DNA of 62,857 bases, counting the filler, from Klebsormidium nitens (Eukaryota > Plantae > Klebsormidiophyceae), in NCBI GenBank assembly GCA_000708835.1. It is 11 parts of 11 records of this genome, joined end to end, with 100 filler letters (N's around TTAATTAATTAA, not from the genome) between each part and the next. Parts side by side here need not be neighbours in the genome. Positions count along the whole stretch, not along the records: positions 10,007 to 15,067 come from DF238459.1; positions 15,168 to 22,001 come from DF238329.1; positions 22,102 to 26,646 come from DF237870.1; 8 more parts are not named here. One strand, given 5' to 3'. How positions within the stretch are numbered: position 1 is the first letter of the stretch; each line of letters begins with the position of its first letter. The position numbers and the translations under genes were made by a program. A model generated the notes under the pieces. That model was given only the letters and a program-made list of their open reading frames with translations, ran no database searches and was not told the DNA's origin. Positions 10,007 to 22,684 of this stretch are shown one piece after another.

Positions 10007-12160
10007 TTCTCCCACGGGGTCTTGCCGTGCACGCTCGAGGGCACCCGGTTCCGCGTGTAGTTAGCGGTAACCATCGCTTCCGCCCACAACTCCGGGTCCA
10101 ATCCGGCGTCCTCTAGCAAAGCCCGCCCCCTTTCCTCGAGCGTCCGATTCAACCGCTCCGCCGAGCCATTTTGTTCGGGAGAGTGCCCCGCCGTGGTCCG
10201 TTTCACCGTCCCTTTCTTGCCAAGGAGGGCCGTCATTCCCTCGTTGACGTACTCCCCACCCCGGTCCGTTTGCACCGACTTGACCTTCTTTCCGGATTGC
10301 AACTCCAACCGGGCAAACACGCTCTCCGTGACCGCCGTGACGTCGCTCTTCCGCTTCATCGGTTGCACCACCGAAAGCTTGCTATAGTCGTCAAGGAAAG
10401 TGGCCAAGTACCTACTCCCCCCCTTTGCCGTCATTGGCATGGGCCCGCACACGTCCATGTGCACTAGCTCGAGGGGCTCCGTACTCTCCTTAGAGTCCGA
10501 CTCCTTGGGGAACGGCGTTCGGGTATGCTTCCCCATGATGCAAGGCTCGCACAGTACGGTCTTCTCCTCCCGAAACGCCTCAGCTTTTACCCCCACACCC
10601 CGGACCGACCCCCCCTCCACCATCTTGGCCAAGCTCTCGTATCCGGCGTGCCCCAACCTCCGGTGCCACAACACCGGGCTCTCGGCTTCCCTCACGAGCA
10701 AGCACGTGTCCTCCCACGTGGCCTTCGGTTGGCAAACAACCGACATGCCCTCCACGTTTTCCTCCGCCCGAAGCACGATCTCTCCGTCCACGGACACTTC
10801 ACACATCTCCCCAACAAACACAACCGCGGCTCCTACCGCGGTGGCTTTCTTCACCGAGCAAAGATTTTCCGCGACACCGGGAACATCCGCCACCTCGCGG
10901 AGAAGGTTGACCCGCTCTCCCGACGGCGTCTCACACCGCAGTTCCACGGTGCCAACCCCGTCAACCTCAAGGAACCCCTTGTTCCCGAACCTTATTCTCC
11001 GAGCCCCCGGCTCAAGCATCTCCAACGTCGAGAAGGAGGCTCTGGACCCGGNNNNNNNNNNNNNNNNNNNNATCTCCCACGGGGTCTTGCCGTGCACGCT
11101 CGAGGGCACCCGGTTTCGCGTGTAGTTAGCGGTAACCATCGCTTCCGCCCGCAATTTCGGGTCCAATCCGGCGTTCTCTAGCAAAGCCCGCCCCCTTTCC
11201 TCGAGCGTCCGGTTCAACCGCTCCGCCGAGCCATTTTGTTCGGGAGAGTGCCCCGCCGTGGTCCGTTGCACCGTCCCTTTCTTGCCAAGGAGGGCCGTCA
11301 TTCCCTCGTTGACGTACTTCCCACCCCGGTCCGTTTGCACCGACTTGACCTTCTTTCCGAATTGCAACTCCAACCGGGCAAACACGCTCTCCGTGACTGC
11401 CGTGACGTCGCTCTTCCGCTTCATCGGTTGTACCACCGAAAGCTTGCTATAGTCGTCGAAGAAAGTGGCCAAGTATCTACTCCCCCCCTTTGACGTCACC
11501 GGCATGGGCCCCCACACGTCCATGTGCACTAGCTCGAGGGGCTCCGTACTCTCCTTAGAGTCCGACTCCTTGGGGAACGGCGTTCGGGTATGCTTCCCAA
11601 TGATGCAAGGCTCGCACATCACGGTCTTCTCCTCCCGAAACGCCTCGGCTTTTACCCCCACACCCCGGACCGACCCCCCCTCGACCATCTTGGCCAAGCT
11701 CTCGTATCCGGCGTGCCCCAACCTCCGGTGCCACAACACCGGGCTCTCGGCTTCCCTCACGAGCAAGCACGTGTCCTCCCACGTGGACTTTGGTTGGCAA
11801 ACAACCGAAATGCCCTCCACGTTTTCCTCCGCCCGAAGCACGATCTCTCCGTCCACGGACACCTCACACACCTCCCCAACGAACACAACCGCGGCTCCTA
11901 CCGCGGTGGCTTTCTTCACCGAGAAGAGATTTTCCGCCACACCGGGAACATACGCTACCTCGCGGAGAAGGTTGACCCGCTCTCCTGACGGCGTCTCACA
12001 CCGCAATTCCACGGTGCCAACCCCGGCAACCTCAAGGAACCCCTTGTTCCCGAACCTTATTCTCCGAGCCCCTGGCTCAAGCATCTCCAACGTCGAGAAG
12101 GAGGCTCTGAACCCCGTTATGTGTTGGGGAAGCCCCGGAGTCAACAATCCACCTCCCGGT
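10007..12160 (-). CDS. pol: Copia pol: protease, GAG-pre-integrase and integrase core, present as two variant copies either side of a 20-N gap
   Basis: WHRRLGHAGY, CEPCIxGKH, LVHMDVxGP, YLATFxDDYSK, TDRGGEY, PEQNGSAERLNRTL. A 1-nt frameshift follows WIVDSGAS near 12131. Confidence 0.93.
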
Positions 12161-12303
12161 CTCCAACCCTTCCCCGGCTACAAAAGCAACCCCTTGCCGG
12201 CCCCCGGTTTCCCCCTTCTTTGGGCAATCCCTCTTGAAGTGGTCCGGGCTACCGCAAATGTAGCACTTCTTTCCCGTCTTGGGCCTCTCGGGCTCTTGGG
12301 GCC

Positions 12304-13639
12304 CTAAACTGCACTCCCTGGCCTCTCAAAGTGCCCGAGCTTCCGACACTTGTGGCAAGCCATGGAAGCCTTCCCCGGGCCTCTCTTGCCCTTCCCCGCA
12401 AAGACACCACTCTTGGCAGCATAGGCTACCACCGTTGCCGAGCCCGAGGCCCCAAGATCTTGCTCCCCTGACAGCCCATGCCTCTGCTCAAACACCTGCA
12501 ACGTGGAAAGAATCTCCTCCACCGAGCCTAGCTCCTCCTTGGACGACGTCAACACCGTTACCAGCCCCTCAAACCGGCTAGTCAACCCGGCAAGCACGGT
12601 AAAGGATAGATCATCCGGTTTCATCTCAACACCGGCGGCAACCAAGTCCCGGTAAAGGTCTTGTGCCCTACCCACATACCCGGCAACGGACTCACCGGAC
12701 CTCATCTTGAGGGTGCTCAACTCATGCCGGAGGGACAACTTCCGAGCCGCACTTTTGCCCTTGTAGGTCTTTTCTAGTGCGTCCCAAGCTTCCTTGGCAT
12801 TCTCAGCAGCTAAGATTGCCCCAAGGTGTTGTTGCCGGACGTGCAAGCCTATCAAAGCTCTTGCTTCCTTNNNNNNNNNNNNNNNNNNNNAGATGTAGCA
12901 CTTCTTTCCCGTCTTGGGCCTCTCGGGCTCTCGGGGCCCTGACCTGCACTCCCTCTCAAAGTGCCCGAGCTTCCCACACTTGTGGCAAGCCATGGAAGCC
13001 TTCCTCGGGCCTCCCTTGCCCTTCCCCGCAAAGTTGCCACCCTTGGCAGCATAGGCTACCACCCTTGCCGAGCCCGAGGCCCCACTGTCTTGCTCCCCTG
13101 ACAGCCCATGCCTCTGCTCAAACACCTGCAACGTGGAAAGAATCTCCTCCACCGAGCCTAGCTCCTCCTTGGACGACGTCAACACCGTTACCAGCCCCTC
13201 CAACCGGCTAGTCAACCCGGCAAGCACGGTAAAGGATAGATCATCCGGTTTCATCTCAACACCGGCGGCAACCAAGTCCCGATAAAGGTCTTGTGCCCTA
13301 CCCACATACCCGGCAACGGGCTCACCGGACCTCATCTTGAGGGTGCTCAACTCATGCCGGAGGGACAACTTCCGAGCCGCACTTTTGCCCTTGTAGGTCT
13401 TTTCCAGCGCGTCCCAAGCTTCCTTGGCATTCTCAGCAGCTAAGATTGCCCCAAGGTGCTGTTGCCGGTGTGCAAGCCTATCAAAGCTCTTGCTTTCTCG
13501 GTCCTCTCCGCATCACCGGCCGGGTCCGTTATTCCTTTCCACAACTTCTTGTGTGTCAAGAGGAGTTGCATCCTCTGTGACCACACCGTATAGTTGTCAA
13601 CATCTAGAGGCTCTATATTGACCTGAGTCCTTCAGCCAT
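12304..13639 (-). CDS. gag: Copia gag (duplicated across a 20-N gap; small frameshifts near the 5' end)
   Basis: ATG at 13639; N-terminal LDVDNYTVWSQRMQLLLTHKKLW; AKEAWDALEKTY; zinc knuckle CHKCGKLGHFEREC. Confidence 0.9.
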
Positions 13640-13843
13640 CTTTACCGAGCAGGCGCGCTAGCCAAACAACGCTTCTTGGGCTGGGCACTCTTCTGTGCCG
13701 AGAAAGGTTTGTGGGTATTTTCACAGGCGTCGCGAGATAGAGTATTACTCCACTCCTTTAGCCCCCACTGGAATACCTTTCACCAACCTAGAATTGTTGT
13801 TGCTAGCAATGGCTTACTACTCTCACCTCACTCCCTAGCGTTG

Positions 13844-13856
13844 TGGGCCCATAACC
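13844..13856 (-). promoter_or_regulatory. Primer-binding site GGTTATGGGCCCA (internal tRNA-iMet fragment type)
   Basis: Directly abuts the LTR end (...TTTCAACA|GGTTATGGGCCCA on minus); same motif as the Drosophila copia PBS. Confidence 0.85.
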
Positions 13857-14291
13857 TGTTGAAAGCAAGCGCCTTAGAGCGCGTTTCAAGTCAAGCACAA
13901 CTACTAGGAATAAGTAACCAATACAAGTCAATCGTCCAAGTCATAAATCCGTGGCTAGGTCTACTTGGTCGAGTCCAACTCTAGCTCTATGTGAGTCAAC
14001 TCAAACATCAACGGCCTAGCCTCCAAGATTCCACAAAGATGCTTATCTAACGGTCCACACTGGCCTAGGGGGTACCTACCACTAGTGGGGGTAACTGCCA
14101 GTGGGGGTAACTGCCAGTGGGGGTAACTGCCAATGGGGGTAAATGCCAGGGGGTAATTGCCAGTGGGGTAATTGCCAGGGAGTAATTGCCAGGGGGTAAT
14201 TACCACTCTATCAAACTCAATGAAACGGCTACGGAATCATCTAGGATCTTAGGGCGTACTCACACAGTAGTAGTACTACCTAAATCCAACA
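13857..14291 (-). repeat. 5' LTR of the Copia element (435 bp) with an internal 8-copy, about 15-bp minisatellite (14085-14205)
   Basis: TGTTG at 13857 and CAACA ending at 14291; internal units GGGGGTAA(C/T)TGCCA. Confidence 0.88.
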
Positions 14292-15329
14292 CGGCACATT
14301 CAAACAGTGTTCAAGCTCGCGTCGTACTCCATCCTTCGAGCGGCTGCTACGTCGGCCACAACTCGCAAACACTGACACGAGCACACTGCACGCTGGCAAC
14401 CCGGCTTATGCTAGGATCACCGACTTTTCTTTTCGTGTTGGTCCCAACAGTGTAGCCGACATTGGACAGCTGGTCAGAGGCCAAGCCAAAGCAACGAAGA
14501 TCAAGCTTGTTGTATGTTGTGTAGCAGGAACTTCAACCTGATCCGAAAGCCAATCCTGTAGCATCCGTTGATAATCAATTCGAGTCCGGTTGAAATCAAA
14601 ACTTTATGGTGATGCTAGTGGACGCACAAAGCTTCTAAAAAAACCAGAAAACTTAACCTTTGGGGTTCACTTCCCAAGTTGGCCAGCCATCAAGTCAATG
14701 TTTTTATCCGCGGGCAAGTTGCTTTTGTAAAACTCCATACTCGGCATTTAGTGTGCGCGATCTCTTAGGTGACATCGATGGGAGTTTGACTATAAAATCG
14801 GTAGTTAGCGGTTGGCGGTTCAATGTGTGCGGGTTACAGCGTTACCTTTGACTGACTCAGTTCAGCTTGTTGAGATACGGGCATTTAGGGACCGGATCTC
14901 TGGGTGATTCTAGGGTTTTAGGATCACGACGTCGACGATAATTCGACGGTAACTAGAAGTTATGGTTACACGGTTATGCGCGCGGGTTACAACGTTACAG
15001 CCCGATGACTTGGCGATAACCGTCGATATTGTGTAGGTTCGATAATAGCCGTCGATGTATGGTCTAGNNNNNNNNNNNNNNNNNNNNNNNNNNNNNNNNN
15101 NNNNNNNNNNNTTAATTAATTAANNNNNNNNNNNNNNNNNNNNNNNNNNNNNNNNNNNNNNNNNNNNAATCGGGATTTCGACAATAAAATTTCGAAATTT
15201 TCCACGCACCGTCGACAAAATTGCTCATACTCCAAATCAAGTACAGAATGTACTGAAAAGTACTGAAAACGGAGCTAAAAGTAGGGGGGGGGCCTACTTT
15301 AGGTTCCTGGGGCAATCTGAGGCAATTCC

Positions 15330-15620
15330 TTATCGGTCGAATAGAAATCTAAAAGTTGAGGTCTTATCGGCGCGGGTGCGAATGCAATGCCGATTGCTTA
15401 TCGGTAATCGGTGTTTATGTGCGAACGTCGCGCAGATAAGAAATCCTTATCGGCCCGCGGGTGCGAACGCTGCGCCGAAACTTATCGGTGTCCCGCGCGG
15501 TGGTGCGAACGCATCACCTTTCCGATAAGCTTTTTGAAGCTTATCGGAATTTATGTGCGAACGCGTCCCCCGGACTTTACGCGAAAGTTATCGGAAAGTT
15601 GGCCTTAAAGTTGGTGGGTG
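15330..15620. repeat. Cluster of short CTTATCGG and GTGCGAACGC motifs in both orientations, with a perfect 13-bp-stem hairpin at 15520-15549
   Basis: TTCCGATAAGCTT-TTTG-AAGCTTATCGGAA; about 8 TTATCGG copies within 300 bp. Confidence 0.7.
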
Positions 15621-18499
15621 CGAATCGCCCCTTAGTGCCCAGGCCCCACAGCCGGCAAGAGGACTCAGGAGTCAGGACCTGGACCTGGCCGCCGGCCGGC
15701 CGAATGGGACCCCGGCCGGTCCCGAGGGCACCCCGCCGGCTGCTCACCTGGCAGAAAGTAAATAACCATAAACTTTGATATTAATAAGGATCTTAGGTAC
15801 TGAAAGTACTCAACCCCTCGGCTTAACCAACACTATTATCAAACCCTAAGGACAAAATGACCTGCTCCGCACCCGAACCCCTGGCCCTAACTACCAACCT
15901 AACCCCACCCGTACTCCGCGTGTACCTTGAGTTCCTTATTACTAGTTCAATCCTATGAAAATTGGGCACTTGCTGGGCTCATGGCCGGAGCCAAATAGGT
16001 ACCGTACCGGCTATCGAGCCGGCAGAACGGGTCGGGCCGGCGCTGGCAAGCTGGCCGGCCGGGACAAAATAGTCAACGTAGTACCCGTGGGCCGTACGCA
16101 AATCGAGCCAGCGAAACTCGGTCGGAGGCTCAACTTAATTGGAGCAACTTTTTTTCTTTTTCCGCAAGCCGCGCAGAAGAAACTCACACCGATTTTCAAA
16201 TTTGACGTCACGCGGGCAACTTTCCGTGCGATCGAAAATCACCGTACGCGGCTGACGTCAGGCGTAATACGGGTCACAGGACGCCCTCTTTAAACCCTAC
16301 CGCAAACCCTCACGTATAAACCCTGGGTATGACACCGGCCTCTGGTCAAAATAGAAACCCTAAAGGCTAAAACACAACACGAAGACCTTGCTCCAACTTT
16401 CACTGCATTCATCAGGGCTCTTGTTTTCAGGCGCCATTCAGGCGCTATAAGAGACAGAACGATCTAGCTGGAACAAGCTGAGATTAAGCGGCCGCCATGG
16501 CGTTCCACGTCTCCCGCCCTTTCACCCTGCAGGCGATCTGCCGTTGCTTTGCTGGCAGTGGCGTCCCCTTCCCTCCTGCAGAGGTGCAAGCAGTTTTTGC
16601 CAGGCCCCAGGATATTGTGATATTGTGCGAGACTCCGCCTCCATGGGCCCCCCCGGCAAAGAAATCCGCGCAGAAGTCAATGTGCCGTTGGTCTAGGTGC
16701 AACCGCAGCGGCAGCAGTGCGAGCAACAACCGGTACTCCTCTGGACAGTAACGACGCCGGGTTAGGCCTTACTGCGTCCATCTCGACCCGCAGCGCCTTC
16801 GAGCCACTCTCGCGCGTACAGGTGGCGCTCCAGTAGTGGCCCACGATTATGCGCCACGGCGCGCTCTTTGAGAAGGAGTCGTACACGGTTATGTCGCGGA
16901 CCGAAACCGCTAACCGAGATGCATAGTGGTCTCGCTGCGGGACTCAGGAGTCGTGTTGCAAGTCTACGCCGTCGAGGAGAACCTCTAAACATTTTTCATT
17001 CGGACGGCCCCCACGTCCGGGGGGGCGAAATCCGCCCAGAATCGCCCCCCTCTTCAACCGCGGACTGTCGCTCGCTTGCGTGCCAGGCTCGACCGAGACC
17101 GTTGACCATCCCTCTAACCCGTCTTCGGTCGGCTTAACCGACCGCGTAACCAGCCCGCCGCCAGGCCTGTTCGCACTTCCCCCCCGCCTCTGGTTATCGC
17201 CCCCTGCTCTTAACCCGCTAGTCGAACCCGCTCTTGACCCGCTCGATGACCGACTTTCGTGGACCTCTGTTCCGTAATAACCCCAGTCTCGACCTCCGTA
17301 GAGTCTCCATCGAACGCTGAGATCGCGCAGCAGCAAACGGCCCACCGGCTTTGGGTAATTCCGGAGGAGGGATCCCCTGCTTTTCGAACCCCCTGGGCCG
17401 CGGTTTCGCAGCCACGGCCGGCCGAGATCCTCTTTCGGGGGCCATCCTGAAGGCCTGACCACATAGTCTTCCGACAGGGGGGGCATCTTGCCGTCGAACC
17501 AGCTCGCGTTGTGCTCCTTCACGCTGGACTCCCGCATATTCACACTGGGCTTGCTTAGACTAACTTGGCTTCCTAGGTCTAGTGGTCACATGCGGTTTGC
17601 TCGCTTCTTCCGAGTACAAATGCTGCATGCGGGGCGTATTTACACCCACTGGGTCGCCAATCCAGATGGGCTGCTTGACTTGGCTCTGGGGAACGGGGTG
17701 AAAACTCTCACCCGAGCGAGGCTTTACCGGGGGCGATCGACCGTCGAGCCCCTGGAAAAAGTCCTCGACGTAATCGGGAAGCGCTCCCTCCTCCTTTTCC
17801 GTTTCTCGCGTTCCCCCAGGATTGCAATGATTGCTGCCCGTGCAAACTGGGCTCGCCCACTTTCGGGGGCAATCTGGAGGGGGTTGAAATTATTGAGGGA
17901 AACTTCGCGACATCGATGTCCCGACCCTTGCGCGGCGCGGACTCGTTTCCGTCGCACTCTGCAGCAAGCCGCTCTTCGAACTTTACATAAAGCTCCGTCG
18001 CCGTTCCCGCCCCTTTTGCAGCTTTCGCAGCTGCCGACTTGCTGGGAATCCCATTCCCAGACGTACCCCTTCCGCCAACTTTTGATCCAAATGTGCTGCC
18101 AAAAATGCAAAAAATGACGTTTTAAGGCTGTTTCGATGAACGACGGCGGCGGCTCTCCCTTTGACCTGAACCCCTGCATGAAGATAACGTTCAGCAGTAT
18201 GAAAGCAAAGTTTGACGGTGTCAGGCTCTTTAGAAACGTCACGGTTGCGAGCCTCTTTCGAGTCGTAAGACAAAGTTGCAAATTGGTAACAAGGGACACT
18301 TTTCAGCTGTGAGAGTGGTTGGAGATTAGCAGAGTAGAATGAGAATTAAACAGAAACAATCTCTGCTAGAACTTGCCAACGATTGGGACTGCGAGTGTCC
18401 ACGTCAATCGAATCAGGTGAATGTCAGATAAGTAGTTAACAAAGACTTGCCACCAGAAGTCTGCAAGAAGATAGGCCCCCCTCCGACCTCCTAGTAGTC

Positions 18500-19000
18500 A
18501 ATATTATTTCCACCGTGAAACTTACTCTGATGTGCGACTTAACCCGGTTCAGTATTTTCGCTCCCTCAAAAAGATAGGAAACCAAGTCAGGAGAATAAAT
18601 ATGTAGATCTCCCCTCAAGACTCTGAGTCGTTCAAACCCTCCAGCCGCGCCGCCTCTGCCGTCATGAGCCTTCAAACCTTAATACAAAGTGAAACTTGAC
18701 CAGATTCAGTTTCTCGCTTCCTCAAGAAAAATATATAACAGGTCAGGGGATGACGTATGCGGATTCTCCCTCGAAATCGGAGTTTTTTTGGAATCCCAGC
18801 CGCGCCGCCTCTGCGTTTGTAAACCTCCGAAAATTACTCCGGTTTTTATTTTGACCAAGTTCACTTTTTACGCCTTCTCAAGAAAATCAGAAAACAGGCA
18901 CGAGATTACCTGTGCACATTTCCCTGAAGAATCGAGGTGTCTCGAAAATCTCATGGCCGCGCCGCCTCTGCCGTTGTGAGCCTGAATTATGTTACTCTGT
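18500..19000. repeat. Diverged tandem repeat, period about 155-157 bp, with a dispersed copy near 20100-20250
   Basis: Core (C)AGCCGCGCCGCCTCTG at 18641, 18796, 18953 and 20210; flanks such as CTCAAGAA and GAGATTAC..GTGCAC also recur. Confidence 0.75.
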
Positions 19001-22000
19001 CGCGCGACTTGACGACGTTGTTAACTTAAGAAACATGCTTCGCTCACAAAACAGCTACCTCGGGCAGACTGCAGTGTGTTGTCACGCCACGAGAGCACAT
19101 GACCGGGGAGGCATGCAGCATGTGTCGGGACCTCAGAATGATATGATTCTAAGACTTTGCACTGCTCTATGACTGCACGCGCTTATTCATGTATGCCATT
19201 GCCCGTCGGAATATGAGAATGAGCTGAAGAACACGTTGGAAGACACCACACGGACCACACTTTTCCCACCAGAGTTCTTGCGCCAGAGCACCACACAAAA
19301 AGCTCCTCCGTTCACGCTTCCTACACTAGATGTTTGGAAGTTCTTTCTTCCTCATCTTTATGTTCTCTTCGGCTAACCGAATCGATTCTCTACCGACTGT
19401 TTTATACAAGACAAAGACTTCGACGGTTCTATATTTGGTCGCCCCTAGTAGCTAGCTATTGCATTTCAGGGCAAGCGACGAAGTCCGAAGCATTCTCATA
19501 TCTTTCGTCAGAGTCTGTTCCGTAGCTGAACTACGACTCCAAAACGTGTACTGTACAAGGCGAGATCGCCCTTTTGAAACGGACTACTTCTGGACGCTCC
19601 GATTCTCCTGCTACACTCTCCGTTTGAGTCTCCCTCTCGACTGTATGTACATTCCCCATGCACTCCGTGCTTTGCTTTCCGGTCTCTAATGCACGACGGA
19701 AAATCGCCCTCCGGATTCGGTCAACTTTCTAACCCTCCGACTAAAAGCTAACGGCTCCGATTATCCCCAAACTCTCTCTCGCACATGGCTCCGAATCCGT
19801 GCTGGCACGAGGCACTCCCACTCTTCGCTCCCTGGCCCGCCACCTTGAAGCTCCGGCTCTGAAGAAGATGACGCCACAAGCTCGAGTCGGAGCGCTGAAG
19901 ACGAAGCTTGAAAATCGTACGACAGAAGACAAGCAAGAGAGAAGACTCATCAACGGTTCAAAATTGAAGAAGTTTGTTACAGTCGAACGGCCCAGAAATA
20001 AGAGGATATCTGCAAACTTAAGATTCGCAAACGTTTTGGTCTGAGAACTCCAATAAGCTATGACGCGCGAAGACGGGCAGGAAGTTTTTAGGTGGTAGGA
20101 AATTTTAGGAAAACAACGTACACTTTTCTTGCCTCCTCAAGAAACTAAAAATTTGTGAGGAGATTACTTGTGCACGGTCCCTCTCAAGAATCGGAGTCGT
20201 TTGATAATCTCAGCCGCGCCGCCTCTTCTGACTTTGTGAGACTTCGAAAGTTACTTTCACGCCGGGCTTGGACCAAGGGACGCATCATGGTGAAAGCACG
20301 CCCAATGTTGTTGAAAATGGGCACCTGGCAGAGTAAATTGAGATCCCTGTTCAATACTGATTTCTAGTACCGGAAGGAGAGACGCCGATCTAAGAAAGGG
20401 AACTTTCTCTAACTTCGCTTCAACCCGGGGTCAGTTTTAGGAGCGGATGTGGGCTTGAAAAGGAACTTTTCAGTCGGAACCGGTCTTGAATTCATTTGTC
20501 AGGTCGGGCTCAATCCGGGTCCTGATCTGAAGTGTGATGGAAAGGTGTCTCTTTATTGGTGCGTTGGAAGAGACCTCGCCTTCCAAGAATGCCCGTCTGT
20601 CGCGGCGGTGACCCTCTTATCGAGGCCTCCAGCTACCCCTCAAAGCGACCCAGGCAAGCTCAACAATACCTTCTTTTCCGAGTCTAAAGCGAACAGGACG
20701 CTAGATAGCGGACTTCGATAGAATAGCTGGATCACCAGCACTGATGAGCGTTCAAGCGGAACATGTTCGACTCGGATAGGCTGGCAAAGTTGCATGAATT
20801 GCGTCCTGCCTAGGACAAACAATACAACGATGTCTCAGGTCTTCGAAAGGTCAGGCAGGATCACGATTGAAAAGATCAGACCAAAAGTCGCGACCGTAGA
20901 AGTTCAAACAAATTGAGCGTCAGGCAAGCCTTGTATTGAGGAGTTTGATTGAATGAGGCGTAAGCACTTGTTTATGGCCCCAGATCGACATGAGCCTGGC
21001 AAGGCACCTCGTGACATCAGTCCAGGCAGCGCATCTGACAAGACACGGAAATACGAGTAACGCTCCTCAGATAGTTACACATTTCTGTGAACAAGGATAT
21101 TAATCAACCGAATTCAAGGGCGAACATACCAATGGCAACAGAATGGCCAGGCGATTGTGGACGTAGACTGCTCACCTGCTCTTCCTGGGAGACTCCCTCT
21201 GCGTCAAGACGCCTGCGCTTATCGTCAAGACGGAAAATGTAGTCGCCGAAGTAATCTTGCAACAAGAACACGTCGTCGGTAGACAGGATCGCCGCTTCCT
21301 TGCTCTACAGGAAAAGTAAGAGAACCAAAGTAAGAATTGACCAAAAGTTTACTCCAGATTGATAAGCAGCCCGTATAAGCTGGTTACCCACCGGGTTTAG
21401 GGATCGTGCTTTTTCTATCCAAGTCGTGGAAGAAAAGTGAGAAGACACATGCAAATACCTGCTTGATTTCTTCTGCTGCGCTGGCTCCGAAAACGCCAGA
21501 GCTGCCTGGAAATAGCCGAGATCAAGGAAGTTTCAATCTCGATCGGCACTAAAGGGCAAGATTACCAGCGAGCAAAGAACTCTCCATTCAATAAGTGCAG
21601 ACGCAGTCGCCCCAACCCGCAACAAACGAAAGGTAGGCACCCGATGCAGTATGCTTGGCAGTTGGTGTGTAACGACCTGTCCAAGCAGTACTCCTTTAAA
21701 TGCGGCCACGAAGTCACGTGCTATCAAAACAGATGGAAGGAGAATTCGGACTGCAGCTTAATTGCTGTGTCAAGCCCCCACACCACTCGTGTGCCTGTTG
21801 CAAGCGAAGGGTAATGCAACTGTCGGAACGTCATTTCGACCCGTGCAGCTGGGGCAGCTCGACTTTCGCGGCCACGTTCGCGCTGTAGCTCGCGCGTCCA
21901 GGTCGCCAGAAACCAGAGAAACACCTCCATCGGCAGTGGCGGTTTTAGACACCCATCCGCTCGCGCACTGAGTACCGAGCGGTCACAGGGCGGTTCTGCA

Positions 22001-22101
22001 CNNNNNNNNNNNNNNNNNNNNNNNNNNNNNNNNNNNNNNNNNNNNTTAATTAATTAANNNNNNNNNNNNNNNNNNNNNNNNNNNNNNNNNNNNNNNNNNN
22101 N

Positions 22102-22684
22102 AAATAGACAGGCGTCTACCATCAGTCAACCCCGGATCGGTCATATGGGCGTTGACTGCAGCTACCATGCCAGAGGGGGGCACAATTGCCTGCTCGCCTA
22201 GACCATTTCCCCCAGTTTGGGGAGCAAACCCAGGACCATAGAAGGCAGGCGCAGCATTATGCGCAGGAGTCACAAATCCGCCACCAATGTGGCCATCAGC
22301 TGCATCAGCATGACGCTGTGCCAAAACAGGATTCAATCCAGCATTATCACCTGACTGCGTCACTGTGCCATTATGGTTACCACCCAAATCTGCCATACTT
22401 ACTCTCCTTGGGAAGGTGAGGCGTTTCCTGACAGGAGGACGCCGTACGGGGGAGCGGGAGCGAGATCTATGAGATCTGCGAGATCTGTGGACATTGCGCT
22501 TTTCCGAGTGTGGATGAAGAGGCCTCTCCTCATCCGAGTCGCTACTCTCCTCGGCCAGAGCCCGTGCCCAGTGGCCACGGGGGGGCAGTACCACAAAAGT
22601 TGGTTTGTCAACAACAGGAAGCGCAGAGAGTGATTCTATGCTGCTGAGTGAACAGTCGCTCAAAGAGGGGGATGGCGAGCGCAT
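22102..22684 (-). CDS. Hypothetical Ser/Arg- and Gly-rich protein, truncated by contig end
   Basis: About 194 aa open frame with ATG start; low complexity; no family recognised. Confidence 0.35.

Larger units (their letters stand above)
10007..14291 (-). mobile_element. Ty1/Copia LTR retrotransposon, 5' half (5' LTR, PBS, gag, protease, GAG-pre-integrase, integrase); RT/RNase H outside the contig
   Basis: LTR with TGTTG...CAACA ends, PBS, gag with CCHC knuckle, WIVDSGAS protease motif, WHRRLGH...CEPC zinc motif and rve core, in Copia order. Confidence 0.95.

Noticed and set aside
10007-13400. Copia with doubled gag and doubled integrase as a novel architecture
   Set aside because: Each duplication is split exactly by a 20-N gap (11052-11071, 12871-12890); most likely variant copies of a repeat scaffolded in tandem.
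17590-17660. GVNTP (minus strand) as a KDM4-like JmjC motif
   Set aside because: Five-residue match with no following HxE motif; likely chance.
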